Part shown: piece by piece, positions 1 through 9,686 of the stretch
Layout of the letters: each line of letters begins with the position of its first letter
Position numbering within the stretch: position 1 is the stretch's first letter
From: Cognatishimia sp.
Lineage (GTDB): Bacteria; Pseudomonadota; Alphaproteobacteria; Rhodobacterales; Rhodobacteraceae
Assembly (NCBI RefSeq): GCF_964229375.1
Contig: NZ_CAXREH010000155.1
Span: forward strand, 384 to 64,383
DNA: 64,000 nucleotides
Direction of reading: 5' to 3'
Made by a program: the position numbers and the translations under genes
Notes under the pieces: generated by a model
What the model was told of the DNA's origin: nothing
What the model saw: only the letters and a program-made list of their open reading frames with translations
Databases searched by the model: none

Positions 1-1
1 C

Positions 2-685
2 TTGACCATGTTGCGCGCCCGCGTGCATCAGAATCGGCGCGTGAAATCGCAACGGAGCCTTGCCCGAGTGTCGCGCCCGCAAAATCACCAGATGTGCGTC
101 GCGCCCCAGTCTGGGCTGCAGCGGTTGGATTTGAACCGACCCAAGAACCTTGGGCAAACTTACCAACAAATCCTGTACGCGTTCGGCGCGGTGAATAAAG
201 CTGACATAGCCTTTCGGCTTTACGCGCCGGGCCGCGACATCCAGCCAGTCCGCAAGTGGGGTCGCCTCGCCCATCGCCGTTTCGCGCCCCTTATTCTGTG
301 CGGCATGGCCAGCATCGCGGTCAAAATAGGGCGGATTGGCGATGACATGGTCAAAGCGCATGTTCTTGACCGTATCGGGCAGCGCGGTCAGATCGGCCTC
401 AACAACGGTCAGATCGGCGGCGTTCAACGTCGCATTTTCGCGTGCAAGGGCTGCATATTCAGGTTGAATCTCAACCCCTGTTAACGCCAGATTGCCCACC
501 CGCGCCGTGAGACAAAGCGCCGCTGTCCCGACGCCAAGGCCCAACTCTAATACAGCCTGTCCAGGCCGCGCCGGAACAGAAGCTGCCAATAGCACCGGAT
601 CAACCCCGGCCCGATAGCCCGTGACAGGCTGCCGGATCTGGACTTTTCCGCCAAGATACTCATTTTGCGAGATTTTCTGACTCAC
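2..685 (-). CDS. SAM-dependent methyltransferase, tRNA1(Val) A37-N6 (TrmN6/YfiC)-like; 3' end runs off the window
   Basis: Not in the ORF track. Manual translation from GTG at 685 (GTGA overlap with the upstream stop) gives MSQKISQNEYLGGKVQIRQPVTGYRAGVDPVLLAASVPARPGQAVLELGLGVGTAALCL...GVEIQPEYAALARENA, with the class I SAM motif LELGxGxG. Confidence 0.8.
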   Translation of the reverse strand, partial: MSQKISQNEYLGGKVQIRQPVTGYRAGVDPVLLAASVPARPGQAVLELGLGVGTAALCLTARVGNLALTGVEIQPEYAALARENATLNAADLTVVEADLTALPDTVKNMRFDHVIANPPYFDRDAGHAAQNKGRETAMGEATPLADWLDVAARRVKPKGYVSFIHRAERVQDLLVSLPKVLGSVQIQPLQPRLGRDAHLVILRARHSGKAPLRFHAPILMHAGAQHGQ

Positions 686-900
686 GGCCGCCCCAGCGGG
701 ATCTCGTTGTCGCGCATCACACGTTCGGCCGCGTCAACCATATCGTCGCGCACCATCAAACGGCGGGGAAATATGCCGATACCGCCTTCTAGGACGCTCA
801 TATTTACGTCCATTTCAAAGCAGTCTATACCCTCCCCCTGAAGGAGAGCTTTGGCGAAAGCAATGATCGTTGGGTCGGTGGTGCGAAGAAGCTCTTTCAT
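682..900 (-). CDS. DUF2007 (putative signal-transducing) small protein
   Basis: 72 aa, MKELLRTTDPT...ALLQGEGI...MSVLEGGIGIFPRRLMV; family usually divergent from ispB in alphaproteobacteria. Confidence 0.8.
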   Translation of the reverse strand: MKELLRTTDPTIIAFAKALLQGEGIDCFEMDVNMSVLEGGIGIFPRRLMVRDDMVDAAERVMRDNEIPLGRP

Positions 901-955
901 ACAAGGGATGTAAGGCCAAGGGCCGGGGTTTGTCGACCCTAGTGACGGGAACGTT

Positions 956-1957
956 ATGAGTCTGGATCAGGCAGCACATAAACCACACGAAGCGCTGGCG
1001 GCGCTGTTGGCGGACGACATGGATCGCGTAAACGCGCTGATCACGGCACGCATGGCCAGCGAGCACGCACCGCGCATTCCAGAAGTAACCGCGCATCTTG
1101 TCGGCGCTGGTGGCAAGCGGTTGCGCCCGCTGCTGACACTCGCAACCGCGCATCTGTGTGGCTATGACGGCCCCTATCACATTCACCTCGCGGCAACGGT
1201 CGAATTCATTCATACGGCCACATTGCTGCATGACGATGTGGTCGACGAAAGCGCCCAGCGCCGTGGTCGCCCAACGGCGAATCTTTTGTGGGACAACAAA
1301 AGCTCGGTTTTGGTAGGGGACTATCTGTTCTCGCGCTCGTTCCAGCTGATGGTTGAAACCGGATCTTTGCGGGTACTGGACATTCTGGCCAATGCCTCTG
1401 CCACGATTGCGGAAGGCGAAGTTCTTCAGCTGACCGCTGCGCAGGATCTGGCCACGGACGAAAGCATCTATCTGCAAGTTGTGCGCGGCAAGACCGCGGC
1501 GCTTTTCTCGGCCGCAACAGAAGTTGGCGGCGTCATTGCAGGGGCGGATGACGCCCATGTCAAAGCGCTGTTTAACTACGGCGATGCGCTTGGGATTGCC
1601 TTTCAGATCGTAGATGATCTGTTGGATTATCAAGGCGATAGCGCCGCCACTGGCAAAAACGTTGGCGATGATTTCCGCGAGCGCAAGCTCACCTTGCCTT
1701 TGATCAAGGCCGTAGCGAAAGCCGACGACCAAGAGCGCGCGTTCTGGCAACGCACGATCGAGAAGGGCAAGCAGGAAGACGGCGATCTGGAAACGGCCCT
1801 CACGTTGCTGAAAGCCCATGGGGCGCTTGATGAGACCCGTCAGGATGCCCTGAAGTGGGCGCAGGTTGCGAAAGATGCGCTGGCAGATTTGCCGGACCAC
1901 CAGATCAAGACACTTCTGATCGATCTGGCGGATTACGTGGTCGCCCGCATCAACTGA
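956..1957 (+). CDS. ispB: Polyprenyl (octa/decaprenyl) diphosphate synthase
   Basis: GGKRLRP, LLHDDVVD...RRG (FARM), GKTAALF, FQIVDDLLD (SARM). Confidence 0.95.
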   Translation: MSLDQAAHKPHEALAALLADDMDRVNALITARMASEHAPRIPEVTAHLVGAGGKRLRPLLTLATAHLCGYDGPYHIHLAATVEFIHTATLLHDDVVDESAQRRGRPTANLLWDNKSSVLVGDYLFSRSFQLMVETGSLRVLDILANASATIAEGEVLQLTAAQDLATDESIYLQVVRGKTAALFSAATEVGGVIAGADDAHVKALFNYGDALGIAFQIVDDLLDYQGDSAATGKNVGDDFRERKLTLPLIKAVAKADDQERAFWQRTIEKGKQEDGDLETALTLLKAHGALDETRQDALKWAQVAKDALADLPDHQIKTLLIDLADYVVARIN

Positions 1958-2000
1958 TCCCCCAAGACGCGGTGGGAGTCACGTGCGTTGGCGGCTGCCG

Positions 2001-2855
2001 CTAGGCTGGATTTAACAACTTACCCGCTTGGACCCACCACTCTGGGTGACGCGCTGCGATGCTTTTGGCGGCGTTCTCTATGTCGGGGCTTTCGCTTTCA
2101 AACAGAGCAAAACACGTCGCGCCTGATCCTGACATCCGCGCAAGCAACACGCCTTTTGCGGCCGACAGCTCTGCCAGAACATCGCTAATGACCGGAGCTG
2201 TTGCGACCGCAGGCGGCTCTAAGTCGTTGCGCTGTGTGCTAAGCCAATCAGCCAGATCTGCGGCAGTCTCCCAGACAGGCAATTGCGCAGGCATCGGCGC
2301 GTTGTCGCGGCTGCCCAAGGCCTTGAAAATACTGGGGGTGGCGACGTGAACACCCGGATTGACCAAGAGGATGTCACAGGCAGGCAGCGGCGGAAGCGGT
2401 GTGATCTGCTCGCCGATGCCAGCCATACGCTGGGGTCCGGGCGCAAGACACACGGGCAAATCTGCACCAAGCACGAGCGTGTCTGAGGCGTCAGGCATCG
2501 GCACATCCCACAGCTCGGCCAAGGCCCGAAGGGTTGCGGCTGCGTCAGACGATCCGCCACCAATACCGGATGCCGCGGGCAAGGTCTTTTCAAGCGACAG
2601 TGCAACGGGCCTTTCGGAATCCATCAAGTGCGCCGCCTTTGTCATCAGATTGTGCGCATCCGTCGGCACTCCGGCGGCCCGAGGCCCTTTGACCGTCAAC
2701 GATGTCTCGTCCGCGTTTTTGGCGCTGATGTGATCGCCAATATCGGCAAAGGCCACCAAGGAATCCAACAGATGGTATCCATCCGGCCGCTGGCCTGTCA
2801 CATGCAGGGTGAGGTTAACCTTTGCCGGGGCAAATGCCCTGACACTATCCGTCAT
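2001..2855 (-). CDS. ispE: 4-diphosphocytidyl-2-C-methyl-D-erythritol kinase
   Basis: APAKVNLTLHV, GYHLLDSL, GIGGGSSDAAA, LGADLP, MSGSGATCF; start set at ATG 2855 (MTDSVRA), overlapping the TPR gene end. Confidence 0.95.
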   Translation of the reverse strand: MTDSVRAFAPAKVNLTLHVTGQRPDGYHLLDSLVAFADIGDHISAKNADETSLTVKGPRAAGVPTDAHNLMTKAAHLMDSERPVALSLEKTLPAASGIGGGSSDAAATLRALAELWDVPMPDASDTLVLGADLPVCLAPGPQRMAGIGEQITPLPPLPACDILLVNPGVHVATPSIFKALGSRDNAPMPAQLPVWETAADLADWLSTQRNDLEPPAVATAPVISDVLAELSAAKGVLLARMSGSGATCFALFESESPDIENAAKSIAARHPEWWVQAGKLLNPA

Positions 2856-4557
2856 TGGCCACCTGAACCGGATCGCTGCCTTCTGCCTCAAGCACCGCAT
2901 CCAGACCAGTTTCGAGCTTGGCGCGAATGCGTTCAGGGTCGGCTTCTGGCGCGCTGTCTTCGGTGATGAAGGACAGAGCGCGTTGCCACTGGAATCTTGC
3001 TTCGGTTTTTCGCCCAACCATCCAGTAAACATCGCCCAAATGGTCATTGACGATTGGGTCAACCGGCATCAAAGCCGCCGCACGTTCCATCGGTTCCACC
3101 GCTTCTTCAAAGCGACCAAGGCGATACAGAACCCAGCCATGGCTGTCGACGATATAGCCTGAATCTGGGCGTGCTTGGACGGCGCGTTCGATCATATTCA
3201 GCGCCTCGTCCAGCTTGATACGCTTCTCAACCAAGGAATACCCAAGATAGTTCAACACCTGCGGCTGTTCCGGATTAAGCGCCAGCGCCGCACGGAAATC
3301 CGCCTCGGCCGCTGGCCAGTCGCCTAGACGTTCATTGGTGATCCCACGCGCATAGAGCGTGAACCACTTGCCGTCGCTGGGATCTTCCATCATCGACAGC
3401 GCCTTGTCATAGGCCGCCGCCGCGCGTGCATAGTCCTGTTGTTGGCGGAACACATCGCCAAGCGTGTTGTGAACCACCGGCAAGTCGCCATGCGTGCGGG
3501 CCAGCTGCTCTAGAACTTCGATAGCGGCCTCGACACGGTCACTGCGACGCAGCGCTTCGGCACGGCCCAGTTCCGCCGCATGAAAGGACAGATGATCCGC
3601 TGGCACAGAGCGATATGCGCGGGTCGCAAGGTGAAATTGCTCTAGGTTCTCAAGCAGTTCTGCCGACAGCAACAAGGCATCTACGTGGTCGGGACGCAGG
3701 AATTCGGCGGTGCGTGTATACAGCAACGCATAGTCAGGGTCCGCTTCACCGCGCAGTGCATCTGCCAGCGAATAAAACACCTCGGCGATGCCCTCTTTCG
3801 CGTTCCGAACATGCGAAAACGGCAACCGCGTGCCCGCCGCCAGATCCGCGCGCAGCTGGCGCAATTGCGGGTCCAGATCTTTGCCAAACAAAGCGTCCAG
3901 AATTTCCAGACCGTCTTCATTGCGGCCAAGCTGACTGAGGATTTCGATCTGCGCCATCGCTCCGCGACGGGTCAGTTGCATCCCACGTGCGCCTTCGGAC
4001 GCGTAAATATTCTCGGCACCGGCAAAATCGCCAATCGAGGCCATCGCAAGCGCCTTATGGTAAAGCGCAAATCCCGCCAGACCCGGTTCCTGGGCAACCG
4101 CGTCAAATCCTGCGATCGTCGCGTTCATATCCCCATCGCCCAGCGCAGCCCATGCCTGAACCAAACCATCCACCAGCGGGCCGATTCCCTGACCGTCCTG
4201 AATTCGCGCGATCACTTCGCCAAAACTGCCGCGTTCGGCAAGATCCGCAACCAGAGCAATATTCGCAAGCTGGCTGGACATGCCTTCGATCGCGTTCAAG
4301 CGACGCGCGACCGGAATCGCCTTGTCCATATTGCCCAGCGAGACATTCGCCAGAACCAGGCTTTCCAACAGGAACGGATCACTGGGATTCGCCACCAAAA
4401 GCCGTGTGTAATAGATCGACGCAGCCTCGTAGTCATAGCTGCTGGCGGCGGCGCGTCCGGCCAGATAGCTGCCGGCAAGACCTTGGGCCGAAGCCGGAAC
4501 TGATGTGACCAGAACACTGGCCGCAATGACGAAAGACTTAAGCAAGGTGAAACGCAC
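2845..4557 (-). CDS. Exported tetratricopeptide-repeat protein
   Basis: Signal peptide (…PASA/Q); TPR motifs LNYLGYSL, IVDSHGWVLYRLG, DHLGDVYW; usual position upstream of ispE. Confidence 0.9.
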   Translation of the reverse strand: MRFTLLKSFVIAASVLVTSVPASAQGLAGSYLAGRAAASSYDYEAASIYYTRLLVANPSDPFLLESLVLANVSLGNMDKAIPVARRLNAIEGMSSQLANIALVADLAERGSFGEVIARIQDGQGIGPLVDGLVQAWAALGDGDMNATIAGFDAVAQEPGLAGFALYHKALAMASIGDFAGAENIYASEGARGMQLTRRGAMAQIEILSQLGRNEDGLEILDALFGKDLDPQLRQLRADLAAGTRLPFSHVRNAKEGIAEVFYSLADALRGEADPDYALLYTRTAEFLRPDHVDALLLSAELLENLEQFHLATRAYRSVPADHLSFHAAELGRAEALRRSDRVEAAIEVLEQLARTHGDLPVVHNTLGDVFRQQQDYARAAAAYDKALSMMEDPSDGKWFTLYARGITNERLGDWPAAEADFRAALALNPEQPQVLNYLGYSLVEKRIKLDEALNMIERAVQARPDSGYIVDSHGWVLYRLGRFEEAVEPMERAAALMPVDPIVNDHLGDVYWMVGRKTEARFQWQRALSFITEDSAPEADPERIRAKLETGLDAVLEAEGSDPVQVANDG

Positions 4558-4715
4558 GATATGTCCTTGGATCTGATGGGCACAGACAGCCTATCGGGGT
4601 CTTTGACAAGGAGCAATGGCAGCCGCTTCGCAATCCTGTGAGCCGTGGTATTGCGGCTGCGATCTTGGTACATAATTGGCAAGGTTGGTTGCCCGTTGCT
4701 GCAAGGAGATCCACG

Positions 4716-5318
4716 ATGCAGGCTGTTACCTCTGTAAAAGACCTCGAAGCGCTTTATGACGTTGTGAATCCGTTGTCGCTGGACAAAGTCGCGCGGCAGA
4801 TCACCCCCAGATATCGCCAGTGGATCGAGGCTTCGCGGTTTGTGATCCTTTCTACCGTTGGGCCAGAGGGCACCGACGCTAGCCCACGCGGCGATGTTGA
4901 TCCGGTGGTGCATATTCAGGATCCCGGCACTTTGCTTTTGCCTGATTGGCGCGGGAACAACCGGCTGGATTCGCTGAAAAACATCGTCCGTGACGAGCGG
5001 GTAAGCCTGATGTTCATGGTCCCCGGCAGCAACAACGTCGTCCGCGTGAACGGCACCGCGATCGTCACCGCCGACCCAGATCTCTGCGCGAGGTTTGAAA
5101 AGAAAAACATCACCCCCCGTTCGGTCATCGTGATGACAGTCGGCGAGGCCTATTTCCAATGCGCCAAAGCCATCATGCGGTCGCGTCTTTGGGCCGCAGA
5201 AGATGACAGCGACAAGGTGCCAAGTGCCGGTGATTTCCTGCGCGAGGTCAAAGAGGACTTTGACGGCGCGGGCTATGACACGGGCTATGCAGACTACGCA
5301 AAAGACCGCCTTTGGTGA
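4716..5318 (+). CDS. Pyridoxamine 5'-phosphate oxidase-like FMN-binding protein (MSMEG_1061 family)
   Basis: AAGGAG RBS before ATG 4716; DASPRGD, LPDWRGNNRLDSL, YFQCAKAIMRSRLW. Confidence 0.85.
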   Translation: MQAVTSVKDLEALYDVVNPLSLDKVARQITPRYRQWIEASRFVILSTVGPEGTDASPRGDVDPVVHIQDPGTLLLPDWRGNNRLDSLKNIVRDERVSLMFMVPGSNNVVRVNGTAIVTADPDLCARFEKKNITPRSVIVMTVGEAYFQCAKAIMRSRLWAAEDDSDKVPSAGDFLREVKEDFDGAGYDTGYADYAKDRLW

Positions 5319-5451
5319 CCCGTTATGACAACTTGTGACCTGAAGTAAGGGATAAAAGTTGACTTCTGACCGCATTGACGTGAGGAGAGTGGCGATAAAT
5401 CGTCACGACCTCGTCTTTACTGGCGACCCCTAAGCGAAAAGGAAAATCTGG

Positions 5452-5925
5452 ATGACCATCACAGAAGCCGACCTGTTGCAGGCCCGCACAGCCTGGGGCG
5501 ACGCCCTTGTCGCGATCTCTAAGGCCTATGAGAACGCGGGCATCGACGGCGCGCGGGCGCTGGCCAATGACGTTCTGGATGCGGCCTATGGCTATAATCT
5601 GGGTCCGGTGATGTTCAAACCAACGCTGGCCAGTGGCGACAAGACGTTTCGCCCAACCAAAGACGGCGCGCTGGCGTATTTTGTGGGCCACGACAAGAAC
5701 TATCCATTGGACGGCGGCTTTGGCCTCAAAGGGTGGCGTCAGGCGGAGTTTGAAACATCCGCGCATTTCGTCGAAGGCAATGTTGGCATGTGGATGGGCT
5801 GGGGTCGTTTCACAGACAAAGACGGCAACGTGACCACGGTGAACAAAACCTTTGGCTATAAGAAAGACGAAGACGGAGCCGTGCGCGTCGTGTTGCACCA
5901 CTCTTCTCTGCCTTACGAGCCATAA
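5452..5925 (+). CDS. COG4337-type iota-class carbonic anhydrase candidate (NTF2-like fold)
   Basis: 157 aa with FKPTLA, GALAYFVG, DGGFG, KTFGY and C-terminal LHHSSLPY; AAGGA RBS. Confidence 0.75.
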   Translation: MTITEADLLQARTAWGDALVAISKAYENAGIDGARALANDVLDAAYGYNLGPVMFKPTLASGDKTFRPTKDGALAYFVGHDKNYPLDGGFGLKGWRQAEFETSAHFVEGNVGMWMGWGRFTDKDGNVTTVNKTFGYKKDEDGAVRVVLHHSSLPYEP

Positions 5926-5983
5926 GACATGCGCGCGCGGCTCATGTCGCGCGCACCGTTTTCAGCCGTGGGCACTGGCTCTG

Positions 5984-6091
5984 CTAGAAAAGCCCGCAGG
6001 CGCCCCACAGGGTTTCTGATGTCGCTGCGGCAGACATCAGCAGGGCGAAAAGAATAACCAAGAACCCAACTGGCAGAATTTTCTGAGACAT
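5984..6091 (-). CDS. Putative 35-aa hydrophobic small protein
   Basis: GGAG 6 nt before ATG 6091; MSQKILPVGFLVILFALLMSAAATSETLWGACGLF. Confidence 0.35.
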   Translation of the reverse strand: MSQKILPVGFLVILFALLMSAAATSETLWGACGLF

Positions 6092-6195
6092 CACGCACTC
6101 CACGTCGCTTGCTGTGCAGTGATACGGAGCCCACGCGAAGGTCCGTCGCAGAAATGGCTGTGATTTTCGATTTTTCTCAATCGGCCCGCCAAAGA

Positions 6196-6223
6196 AAAAG
6201 CCCGCCAAACGCGGCGGGCTTTT
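6196..6223 (-). terminator. Rho-independent terminator after ETF-QO (could act in both directions)
   Basis: AAAAGCCCGCC-AAACGC-GGCGGGCTTTT hairpin with A/T tracts on both sides, directly after the ETF-QO stop. Confidence 0.85.
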
Positions 6224-6228
6224 CTAGG

Positions 6229-7881
6229 TTACATGTTCGGGTAATTCGGTCCGTCGCCACCCTGCGGGGTGACCCATGTGATATTCTGGCTTGGGTCTTT
6301 GATATCGCAGGTCTTACAGTGAACGCAGTTCTGGAAGTTGACCACGAATTCGGGCTTGCCATCTTTTTCCACGACTTCGTAGACGCCCGCCGGACAGTAG
6401 CGCTGTGCAGGTTCGTCAAACTGCGGCAAGTTCGTTGCGATTGGCAGGTTTGGATCGGCCAGACGCAGGTGGCACGGCTGGCTTTCCTCGTGGTTGGTCG
6501 CGGCAAAGCTGACGTTGGTCAGGCGATCAAACGACAGGGTCCCGTCGGGCTTTGGATAATCGATCGGCTTGTGCTTGTCGGCGGATTCTGTCGACTGCGC
6601 ATCGTTCTTGCCGTGCTTCAGCGTGCCAAACAGCGACAGGCCACCCGTGAGGGTCTGGAACCACATATCAAAGCCGCCCAGTGTCAAACCTCCCAACAGG
6701 CCAAATCGGCCATTTAGGGGCGCAACATTGCGCACTTTCTTAAGGTCCGCACCGACAGGTCCGCTACGCAGTTCTGCATTGTACGCTTCAAGCGTATCGC
6801 CTTGGCGTTCAGCTTTTATGGCTTCAACCGCGGCTTCGGCAGCAGCGATGCCGGACAGCATGGCGTTATGGTTGCCCTTAATTCGCGGCAAGTTCACAAG
6901 TCCGACGGAACACCCTAAAAGCGCGCCGCCAGGAAAGGCCGCTTGCGGAATAGACTGATAGCCGCCTTTTGTTACCGCACGTGCGCCATAGGCAACCCGT
7001 TTTCCGCCCTTCAAAAGCTCGGCAACCTTTGGATGGTGCTTAAAGCGCTGAAACTCCATGTAGGGGAACAGATACGGATTTTTATAGTTCAGATCGACGA
7101 TCATACCGACGTAAACTTGGTTGTTGTCGAGATGGTAGATAAACGTGCCGCCGGTATTTTTGGTCCCCAAAGGCCAACCCATTGTGTGGGTCACTTCGCC
7201 TTCGTTGTGCTTTTCTGGATCAATCTCCCAGATCTCTTTCATACCGACGCCGAATTTAGGGACGTCGCAATTCGCATCCAGATCGTATTTCGTGATCACC
7301 TCTTTCGAGAGCGATCCACGCACACCTTCAGAGAGGAAAACATATTTGCCGTGCAGCTCCATGCCCGGCTCTGTGTTGGGGCCATAGGTGCCGTCGGCCT
7401 CCAGACCAAAGACGCCCGCAACGACGCCTTTGACTTCGCCGTTCTCGCCGTAAACCAGTTCAGAGCACGCCATCCCCGGGAAGATCTCGACACCCAGTTC
7501 TTCGGCTTGTTCTGCCATCCAGCGACAAACGTTGCCCATCGAGACAATATAATTGCCGTGGTTGTTCATCAGCGGCGGCATCACAAAGTTCGGAATACGA
7601 ACTTCACCTGCTTCGCCCAGCATATAGAAGTTGTCTTCTTTGACAGGCACGTTCAGCGGCGCGCCTTTTTCTTTCCAGTCAGGGATCAGCTTGTTCAGGC
7701 CAACCGGGTCCAGAACCGCGCCAGACAGGATATGTGCGCCGACTTCGGATCCTTTTTCCAAAACGACCACATCCAGGTCAGCATTCAGCTGTTTCAAACG
7801 GATCGCCGCCGACAGGCCGGCCGGACCTGCACCTACGATGACAACGTCATATTCCATTGCTTCGCGTTCGATTTCCGCCAT
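6229..7881 (-). CDS. Electron transfer flavoprotein-ubiquinone oxidoreductase
   Basis: VVIVGAGPAGL FAD motif, GAHILSGA, C-terminal CPAGVYE...NCVHCKTCDIKDP 4Fe-4S motif. Confidence 0.97.
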   Translation of the reverse strand: MAEIEREAMEYDVVIVGAGPAGLSAAIRLKQLNADLDVVVLEKGSEVGAHILSGAVLDPVGLNKLIPDWKEKGAPLNVPVKEDNFYMLGEAGEVRIPNFVMPPLMNNHGNYIVSMGNVCRWMAEQAEELGVEIFPGMACSELVYGENGEVKGVVAGVFGLEADGTYGPNTEPGMELHGKYVFLSEGVRGSLSKEVITKYDLDANCDVPKFGVGMKEIWEIDPEKHNEGEVTHTMGWPLGTKNTGGTFIYHLDNNQVYVGMIVDLNYKNPYLFPYMEFQRFKHHPKVAELLKGGKRVAYGARAVTKGGYQSIPQAAFPGGALLGCSVGLVNLPRIKGNHNAMLSGIAAAEAAVEAIKAERQGDTLEAYNAELRSGPVGADLKKVRNVAPLNGRFGLLGGLTLGGFDMWFQTLTGGLSLFGTLKHGKNDAQSTESADKHKPIDYPKPDGTLSFDRLTNVSFAATNHEESQPCHLRLADPNLPIATNLPQFDEPAQRYCPAGVYEVVEKDGKPEFVVNFQNCVHCKTCDIKDPSQNITWVTPQGGDGPNYPNM

Positions 7882-8169
7882 CTGGCTAGCTCCTTGCGTG
7901 GCTAGAGAAATTTTCTTTCGCCGTTGCTAGCGCGAGTTTATTGATTAGGTCAATCAGAACCCGACGGGAATCGTCACAGAAACGTAGTGTTACGAATGGT
8001 TTTCCTGAATTTTACCGACGCATAGAACAACACATCCCAATTCTTCCGGAAATCGTGCCTTAAAGCGTGGTTTGGCTTGCATTCCCCTGATCAAATGGGT
8101 CACTTATTCCAACCCCAAATCACTGGGCGGACGATTTGCCCGCCCCCTGAGACTTTCTGAGGAAGACCG

Positions 8170-8640
8170 ATGGATAAGATCCCCACGACGCGCAAGGGAT
8201 TTGCCGCGCTGGAAACCGAGCTGAAACAGCTCAAGTCCGTTGAACGCCCTGCGATCATCCAAGCGATCGCCGAGGCGCGCGAACTGGGCGATTTGAAAGA
8301 AAACGCAGAATATCATTCTGCGCGCGAAAAGCAGGGCTTTATCGAAGGTCGCATCAAAGAGCTTGAAGGCATTATTTCGCTGGCCGAAGTGATCGACCCG
8401 ACATCGCTGTCCGGCTCTATCAAATTCGGCGCAACTGTCACGGTTGCTGACGAAGATACAGACGAAGAAAAGACCTGGCAGATCGTTGGCGAGTATGAGG
8501 CCAATGTGGAACAGGGGCTTCTCAATATCAAATCCCCTATCGCCCGTGCCTTGATCGGCAAAGAAGAAGGCGACAGTGTAGAGGTGCGCACACCGGGTGG
8601 TGTGAAAAGTTACGAGATCGTCGAGATTGCCTACGTGTAA
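8170..8640 (+). CDS. greA: Transcription elongation factor GreA
   Basis: [36 protein letters not shown]; GAGGA RBS. Confidence 0.97.
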   Translation: MDKIPTTRKGFAALETELKQLKSVERPAIIQAIAEARELGDLKENAEYHSAREKQGFIEGRIKELEGIISLAEVIDPTSLSGSIKFGATVTVADEDTDEEKTWQIVGEYEANVEQGLLNIKSPIARALIGKEEGDSVEVRTPGGVKSYEIVEIAYV

Positions 8641-8668
8641 GCTCGGCACAGGGTGAGCCGGGGGCCTC

Positions 8669-9679
8669 ATGGCCGAAGATCAAGAAAGCCAGCCAACTCC
8701 GATTGGCCTGTATCGGCGTCCGAACGCGCCAAACGTGACCGGCGTCGAGCTGATTGCGGTGGGATTGACCGTGGTTTGGGTGACAGCCTGCGTTGTGTTT
8801 TTTGTCGTCCTCGAGGCAGACACCACGGCCCTGGATTCGCTTCGGTTCATCATGACCTCTATGGCGATCTTTATGCCCGTCGCGATGATCTGGGTGGCGG
8901 CATTTGTCGCGCGCTCCAGCCGCATCATGCGCGAAGAAGGTCGGCGCCTTCAGGTCTCGATCGACGCGCTGCGCCAGAACTATACCGGTCAGGTTCAATC
9001 CACCGGTCGTGGGCTCGAGCCATCTATCGCCAAGAAACTCGATGAGATCGCCGCAGCACAACGCAAAACCGAATCCGCGATTGCCATGTTCTCGACATCG
9101 CGCGATGCCGCGCCGGCCACGCGCCCCGTTGTTGAACCCGCACCGGAAATCGATGAGGACAATCAGGGTTTCCTGGCCCTTGGCACAACCGCCGAAGATC
9201 TGACCCCACCGCTGGAAAAGCCCGACTTTATCCGCGCATTGCATTTCCCAGAGAACGCCGAAGATCAGACAGGCTTCAACGCCTTACGGCGCGCGCTCAA
9301 GGATCGTCAGGTCTCGCAGCTTGTGCAGGCGGCGCAGGATGTTCTGACACTGCTGAGTCAGGACGGGATCTATATGGATGATCTGCGTCCGGATCTAGCC
9401 CGCCCCGAAATCTGGCGCATGTTCGCCGAGGGCAAACGCGGTCGGGAAATTGCGTCATTGGGCGGGGTGCGGGATCGCTCGTCGCTGGCTTTGGCGGCAG
9501 GCCGCATGAAGCAGGATCCGATTTTCCGGGACGCAGTGCACCATTTCTTACGCCGCTTTGACCAGTCGTTTGTCGACTTTGAGAAAACCGCCAGCGATGC
9601 TGATATCGCGGCCCTAGGCGACACCCGCACAGCGCGCGCATTTATGTTGCTGGGGCGGGTGGCCGGAATTTTCGACTGA
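8669..9679 (+). CDS. Conserved hypothetical membrane-anchored protein
   Basis: 336 aa, two N-terminal TM segments then coiled coil; C-terminus DTRTARAFMLLGRVAGIFD; 28 bp after greA. Confidence 0.8.
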   Translation: MAEDQESQPTPIGLYRRPNAPNVTGVELIAVGLTVVWVTACVVFFVVLEADTTALDSLRFIMTSMAIFMPVAMIWVAAFVARSSRIMREEGRRLQVSIDALRQNYTGQVQSTGRGLEPSIAKKLDEIAAAQRKTESAIAMFSTSRDAAPATRPVVEPAPEIDEDNQGFLALGTTAEDLTPPLEKPDFIRALHFPENAEDQTGFNALRRALKDRQVSQLVQAAQDVLTLLSQDGIYMDDLRPDLARPEIWRMFAEGKRGREIASLGGVRDRSSLALAAGRMKQDPIFRDAVHHFLRRFDQSFVDFEKTASDADIAALGDTRTARAFMLLGRVAGIFD

Positions 9680-9686
9680 TCAACTG

